Assembly: GCA_000708835.1 (NCBI GenBank)
Contig: DF237026.1
Location: 1 to 64,000, forward strand
Source: Klebsormidium nitens
Lineage: Eukaryota; Plantae; Klebsormidiophyceae
Length of the DNA stretch: 64,000 bases
Direction: 5' to 3'
Every line of letters starts with the position of its first letter. Positions within the stretch are counted from its first letter, which is position 1. The notes beneath the pieces were generated by a model. The model was not told where the DNA came from. It did no database searches and saw nothing but the letters and a program-made list of their open reading frames with translations. The translations under genes were made by a program, and so were the position numbers. Shown here one piece after another: positions 58,479 through 64,000 of the stretch.

Positions 58479-60512
58479 TTAACTGTTCTTGTTTGTCAAA
58501 GTTCCAAGCCAACGCGCAACCGTGGTTCCGTCGATGAGAAATCCACCTCCCCCATTTGTAGATTTAAGCCTGGTTGACGGGAACCCATATTCTAGCAACA
58601 ACTTCTGCACTGCCATCCGCAACCCACCAGACAATTGTTGTCGATGCCCCTTCCCAGTGATGACTATCAGTCCCTTACTTACAGGCACATAAGTATGCTT
58701 CTTGCTCTTTGCTACAAGTTTTCTTAGTGCCAACAAGACCGTTGCTAGGCCCACGTTGATCATTAAACAATGCAAGTCTAGCGAAATGAAAGCGTTGTCC
58801 TCTCTTGTGACTGCTTGGAGTAAGTTGGTGTCTTTTTTGACCCTGCCTAGCAGGCGGACAGAGTCCTCTCGCCTTCCTAGTGCCCAGAAGCAATTGCTCA
58901 GAAATTGGATGAGCTCCAGGGCTGCAACTGGATCTGTTGCTTGGTATTCCAAAAACACTCCAAAGAAAGCGGCCCATGATTCACTGCACGGATTGCAGAG
59001 CAATTGGTTGCATGTATCTGCTAGACTGCTCCCACAGAACCTTAGGGCTTGGCATAAGATATCGATGCCCTCTTTGGTGGGATGCTCTGATAAGATTTCT
59101 AAGAGGAAGGGTACAAGGTGCAACCGATGAGGCTCACCCCGTCTGGAATCTAGAGTGAAGAGAGTATGATATCTCTGACATAGAGAAAGAATAACTTCTA
59201 GCTTCTTTTGAGAGGAGCAAATCCTGATTTGTGCTGCGACAACAAAGGAGTCCAACCGATTGCCACCTTCTAACTCTCTAAACAACTCTTCAGCCTCCTC
59301 ATTATGACCAGCAGCAGCAATGGTAGTAAGAATCATCCCCAGACTGCTGCCCTCAAATCTAATTCCTTCCAAGGCTGCACGCTTGAAAAGGTGCATTGCT
59401 TGGACAAAATCCCCTCTGTACCTGTAGGGCCTGGTTAAGGAGGCAAATGTTCTATAACCAACTTCGTCGCCCAAAGCTTTCATCTCCTCAAAAGCCATCA
59501 GTGCAGCGCTTATGTCTTCCTTTCTAGTTGCTGTGTAACAATCGAGGACCGCTGCGCAGATTGTGTCGCTTGGAACAAGGCCTCGGTTACGGATTGCAAC
59601 TTGAATCTCCTTAGCAAGCTTGATAGTCTCCGCGGGGTTTGCAAAGCTGCACACCTTGCTTAAAACTATTAGCAAAGTGCTCCCAATTGGAAGATCCATG
59701 GGTACGCCATAATCGTGCATACCCTGAAGTATGGCCTGCACATGGAGCGGCCCTTTGCTTCGTGGCGTAACAAAATTTGCGGAATGAGACCCTGCGTAGC
59801 ACTCCTTTAGCACTTTAGCAAGCACTGCAAAAATCCCGCTGTCGGGCTGAACGGAGCGGCCGGATACCATCTGCTTGTAGATATCCAGAGCCTCAGAGAC
59901 CCGGAACTCCCGCCGACAAGCCTCGAGCAGCGGGGTATATGTGACGGCATTTGGGCTGTATCCCTTCTCCCAAAGCTCCTCTACAAGAGCCACAAGCTCC
60001 TCGAGCTTCATTGAGCTTCCTATGTCATGTAACGCTGCTGTCCACAGTTTTATATGTGGCCGGTGCCCATTGGCCTCCAATTGCTCAAGAAAGCGCCACC
60101 TTTGCTCAACCGGCAAACTCCTTAAATGAACCATTCGCTGATGTCTGCTCATTGTTTGCCAAAACTTCACCTCTGCTACCGGCGGAGGCGCCGGCATTCC
60201 ACTTTGCATGCTCCCAACCCCAGTATGGAGCGTCCTCTCAAGGCTGCCTCCATGTGGCAGGCCCGCACCAACACGCGGTGATCCACCATCTAATGGCCAT
60301 AACCTGCAGACCCCCTCAGAACTGGTATTTGCCGAGACAGCAAACCCCCTGCCCCCCAAGCCAGATGCACTTGTTGCTGAAAGTGGGGAGCAGCTTACAG
60401 TGGAGCTTTGCAATGCGCGTAGGGGGCTGCATATTGCAAGCCCAGGCACACGCTGAGGAAGGAGATGGCAGACCGCAGCAGCGAGCCTGCTGAGGATCCG
60501 CAAGGCGCTCAT
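58479..60512 (-). CDS. Pentatricopeptide repeat protein with C-terminal SMR (small MutS-related) domain, intronless, 677 aa
   Basis: PPR-like helices: PHIKLWTAALHDIG...LVEELWEKGYSPNAVTYTPLLEACRR...ALDIYKQMVSGRSVQPDSGIFAVL, VPSDTICAAVLDCY, VGYRTFASL. SMR motifs: ISLDLHCL and LIVITGKGH...LRMAVQKLL. The N-terminus looks organelle-targeting. Confidence 0.92.
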   Translation of the reverse strand: MSALRILSRLAAAVCHLLPQRVPGLAICSPLRALQSSTVSCSPLSATSASGLGGRGFAVSANTSSEGVCRLWPLDGGSPRVGAGLPHGGSLERTLHTGVGSMQSGMPAPPPVAEVKFWQTMSRHQRMVHLRSLPVEQRWRFLEQLEANGHRPHIKLWTAALHDIGSSMKLEELVALVEELWEKGYSPNAVTYTPLLEACRREFRVSEALDIYKQMVSGRSVQPDSGIFAVLAKVLKECYAGSHSANFVTPRSKGPLHVQAILQGMHDYGVPMDLPIGSTLLIVLSKVCSFANPAETIKLAKEIQVAIRNRGLVPSDTICAAVLDCYTATRKEDISAALMAFEEMKALGDEVGYRTFASLTRPYRYRGDFVQAMHLFKRAALEGIRFEGSSLGMILTTIAAAGHNEEAEELFRELEGGNRLDSFVVAAQIRICSSQKKLEVILSLCQRYHTLFTLDSRRGEPHRLHLVPFLLEILSEHPTKEGIDILCQALRFCGSSLADTCNQLLCNPCSESWAAFFGVFLEYQATDPVAALELIQFLSNCFWALGRREDSVRLLGRVKKDTNLLQAVTREDNAFISLDLHCLMINVGLATVLLALRKLVAKSKKHTYVPVSKGLIVITGKGHRQQLSGGLRMAVQKLLLEYGFPSTRLKSTNGGGGFLIDGTTVARWLGTLTNKNS

Positions 60513-60717
60513 GACGAACGATTAATAAGGCCACCCCTATTGAACTTGCTTCTTCTATTGCACAGATTCCGCCACAAGTGCCAGGGACGGTTCGTCTTCC
60601 TTCTTCCTCCTTGAATGTGATGAACTGAACAATGTTCAAAGCAATTAAGGGTTCGTCCTTCTTCCTTCTTTTCTTTCATCAAATTCCAGGTTTCCACGCT
60701 AACCGAAGCGACTTCTG
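60513..60717. promoter_or_regulatory. Putative compact bidirectional promoter between the PPR-SMR and molybdopterin synthase genes
   Basis: Divergent ATGs at 60512 (minus) and 60718 (plus, candidate first exon). The interval contains a duplicated pyrimidine-rich motif ggttcgtcYttc(c)ttc at ~60589 and ~60650. Confidence 0.45.
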
Positions 60718-63700
60718 ATGGCGGGCGTCAACAAAGCTTCACAACCGGCAAACGCGGGTAGTCGCATCAGATTTTGGAAAGCTCTCAGTAATCACGGACG
60801 GTCGAGTGACGGTCTTTCTTGATAAGAATGCGGTTTTGCAGACCAAGCTGGGTTACGATCGAAGCTGGCATGACTGAAAGTGCTTCCGAGCTGCCAGCTT
60901 GCTCATGCAGAGTCAAAGTCAGTTGCTGTGCAGGCCAATGGCAAAAGTTTGATCTCGAGAGCACATTTTCACAGAGCGCAAGATCCATTATCTGTTCCGT
61001 CAACTTCCTTGAGGGTTGCCAGCTTTTGCTGCCTTCTCTTTTCTGCTGCAAGCCTAGCAGACTCTCAGGACAAATTCCTGTTTTTGCTATTCTTCAAACG
61101 GAACAGCGATGGCAGGCATACAATCAGATCCCTCTGCAGTCGATACGAGAAGCAGTGCTTCCAAATTTGACCCTCAGAACGATTTTGTGAACGTCACGTC
61201 AGAGGCCCTGAGCTTGGACGCAGCATACAAGGCAGTGCACAGTACAGCGGCGGGGGCAATCACCACATTCAGTGGGATCACGCGGGACAACTTCGATGGG
61301 AAAAAGGCAAGTCTCTCCTGACCAAGTTTCACTTTCAGCAGTCATGATCCGTTGGATTGGAGTTACAGCATAAATCAGAATGGTGCTAAACGCATGTGGT
61401 GGTGTACTGGTGGTGTCTTCTGAATTCAGATACTCTTTGAGAAACCGACTCCCAGGACCCTATTGCTCTTTTTGACACTTTGATTGAGACTGTCTTAGTT
61501 AGACTGAGAGTGTCTCGGTTAGACAGTGTTTGCAAGTATCCCTGGGACCGGGGGTGACATTCAAGATGGTCCTTGGGCTTTCGCTTCTCTGGTGTGTGGA
61601 ATTGTACGTCCAAATTGTCACTCCCTCTTTCATTGAGGATGGGCTGCAGTTTTGGGGAACTGAACGATTGATTTATTGAATGCTCAGAGGGGCCCCAGCA
61701 GGCAAAGTGTTCCTACAGCGCCTTGGCTCCAGATCGCAAAATCAAAATTGCAAATCGTATCCGCTGTATGCCTACATGCCCTTTACACTAGTGTGAGAAC
61801 CACAGCCTTTTTTTGAAATATTTGCGAAGTCAGTCAGCAACAAAGGATGAGCCAAAGTACACTTGATCTCTGACAAGGCCCGGATACATGCTACACGGGC
61901 CATGATGTCAAAAAGGGCCTGATGTTGCTGACAGTCCCTTGTATCAGGTTAGGAGCGTTTCAGCAATCAAAGACCAATTGCTCCCTGACTGTGGTTACAC
62001 GTCACTTTTTCCATCTTTCTGGACGCTTTCGAAGTGTCCTGAAACATATGATATCTTTTTCCATCATATGAAGAGCGCAAATTTAAACCTGGTATTACGT
62101 ATTGGCGAGCGGCAGTGATGACTTGGATCTTCAAGACTGGAAAGAACTGGGTTTGCAACTGGTTAGAGCCTGGCTGAAGTCCAATCAAAATCTGAGACTC
62201 AGACAATTTTCGAAACCCGCTTTCTGGTCCCGTATGAAAGTAGGTGGATGGGAGACTTGGACTCTTGACTTGCTTGCCACCCTGCATAGTGTGCAGACAA
62301 CAGCAATAATCTCGACATCCTGTTCATATGAGACGGACGATTGGACTGCGACGGCGCACCACTCACCGGAGGGTTGAGAAAACGGGTTGTATCGTAGTTG
62401 TTTACAGCTAACAGCTTGTCTACTCTCGACCACAGAGTTCCACTCGGCATAACCAGTATCCTTTACTTCTGAAGGAGCAGGTCTTGCACCCAGCGTGGCA
62501 CTTGCTTTGAAACCCGGAAGCTCGTCAAACATATGCGACCCTGGTGTTCTATAGCAGCAAGGAACGAAACTGGAAGCTTCGAAGTCTTCTTCTGGTCAGC
62601 ACTCCCCCTCCTAGACTTTGATTGAAAAGTTGGTGGGCAAAAGCTATCCCTACCCCTCTTGAAGTTCTCCGTCCTTACTTCTCGCCCTTGCCTTGCAATT
62701 ACTCCCTACCAGCAGCAGAGAGCTGTAGCTGACGTTTCCACTTACCACATCCTTCTATTCTTATCAAGTCCGTTTCCTAAGTCAGCCGTCAATCCATCTG
62801 CCTTTTCCTGCGCCAAGGGATGCAGAAACTCACCAACTCTCTGTCGACTTCTATTTGTTCGTTCCTGATCATTTCATCATGTCTTCTGCCTTCTTCTGTT
62901 ACAGGTAGTGCGACTAGAATATGAGGCGTATGCACCCATGGCAATCGCGAAGCTGAAAGACATCTGCAGTGAAATCCGCTCCAAGTGGGACGTCTGCAAA
63001 ATTGCCATCTTCCATCGGGTAAGCGCACACACGGACGACTGGTTTTTTTCTTTTCCTCGAAGCCCGTGACTTTGCAAAACAGGGGGCTGTTTGTGTCAGC
63101 CAAGTGACGCACCTGTTGTCTCACCTGTTGTGTCACCACCATTCGTAGGGCACACGTTGTTGAGACCCTCAGGTTTTCCTGTGACAGACAAACGCAGTCG
63201 GTTTCTCAGCTGGCTGTTCTGCACTCAGACGATGGCTCTCTCCATTGTTTGCTTCTGACTTCTTTGCGTTGGTACGTCCGTGTATGTTTGAGAGAATCAC
63301 CTTGGAAAGGCCGGCCGTGAAGGCCATACCGTCGGCCGAAGCTTACCCGAATTCAATCCCTCGATTGATCATGATCGCCAGTCTCTTCCGTCCTCTGCTC
63401 GCGAAACTTCCTCTAAGCTGTACCTTAAACGCCGCTTCTCTTCTTCAACCTATTTAGGCCGGCCTGCTAAATGGGCATATTATGAGAAGTCGGTATCACA
63501 AGCTTTTACGAGCAATCCTACTTTAAGAGAAAAGCTCATATACTGTGCTATCTCGGAAACCCTCCTTACCCATGACCGCTTGTGGTCTTTCTGCAGACGG
63601 GCGTCGTGGATGTCGGAGAGCCTAGCGTAATCATTGCCGTTTCCTCCGTACATAGAGCGTCGGGCCTAGAAGCAGCGAGGTTTGGCATAGACGAGTTGAA

Positions 63701-63797
63701 GGCAACGGTGCCCATCTGGAAAAAGGAGCTGTACGAAAGCGGGGATTTGTGGAAAGAGAACAGCGAATTCAAACCGAAAGCGGCGTCTGGTGATTGA
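60718..63797 (+). CDS. CNX6: Molybdopterin synthase catalytic (large) subunit, MoaE/MOCS2B/CNX6
   Basis: Exons: optional 60718-60757 (in frame, phase 1), 61107-61306 (alternative start ATG 61109), 62905-63018, 63597-63797. Motifs: [18 protein letters not shown]|[20 protein letters not shown]|[36 protein letters not shown]. The intron at 61307 begins GC (aag|gcaagt). Confidence 0.93.
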
Positions 63798-64000
63798 TGT
63801 TCTCCAACGGCATCTTTCTTGGCCCGGTCATGGCCTCAATACCGCCTGGTGTTATCGCTCGAAATCGCACGGAGAATCATATCCAGTGTGGATTGCGTGC
63901 TGCAATCGAAATCATGAGCACGGTCACGCGGCATGTGTTGAGCGCCAAATCTTAAAGAAGTCTTCCGCCCGCACGATTGCTTAAATGCGTCGAAGGTATG

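Noticed and set aside
60718-61108. MOCS2A-like upstream ORF, as in the bicistronic animal MOCS2 gene
   Set aside because: The upstream ATG is in frame via a short exon, and there is no MoaD-like sequence or C-terminal GG motif.
1-64000. tRNA, rRNA or snRNA genes
   Set aside because: No recognisable cloverleaf or conserved RNA motifs were seen by eye; a covariance-model scan was not possible.

Overview
Eukaryotic, intron-rich, GC-rich genomic window. A streptophyte alga such as Klebsormidium is inferred from the spliced plastid-type murD, the gene set and the intron style; the species cannot be confirmed from sequence alone. Positions 0.5-14 kb hold three decayed Ty3/gypsy remnants, all on the minus strand, followed by a possible hAT fragment. 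Four spliced gene models were built by hand with frame-consistent splice sites: murD (14 exons, minus, with a gypsy fragment in intron 7), an SDE3/MOV10-like SF1 RNA helicase (9 exons, plus, with a roughly 940-aa zinc-finger/disordered N-terminal extension), a germin/spherulin-like cupin (9 exons, minus) and molybdopterin synthase large subunit (plus, with a GC-AG intron). Two single-ORF genes are also present: an 809-codon zinc-finger/low-complexity ORF and an intronless PPR-SMR gene. The most striking unexplained structure recurs in three unrelated genes. Their introns contain tandem, progressively decayed copies of the adjacent exon-intron junction. Acceptor plus exon-start copies lie upstream of exons and exon-end plus donor copies lie downstream, with up to 8 units in one intron and most retaining their AG or GT. 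All coordinates were read by eye, and no database searches were run.
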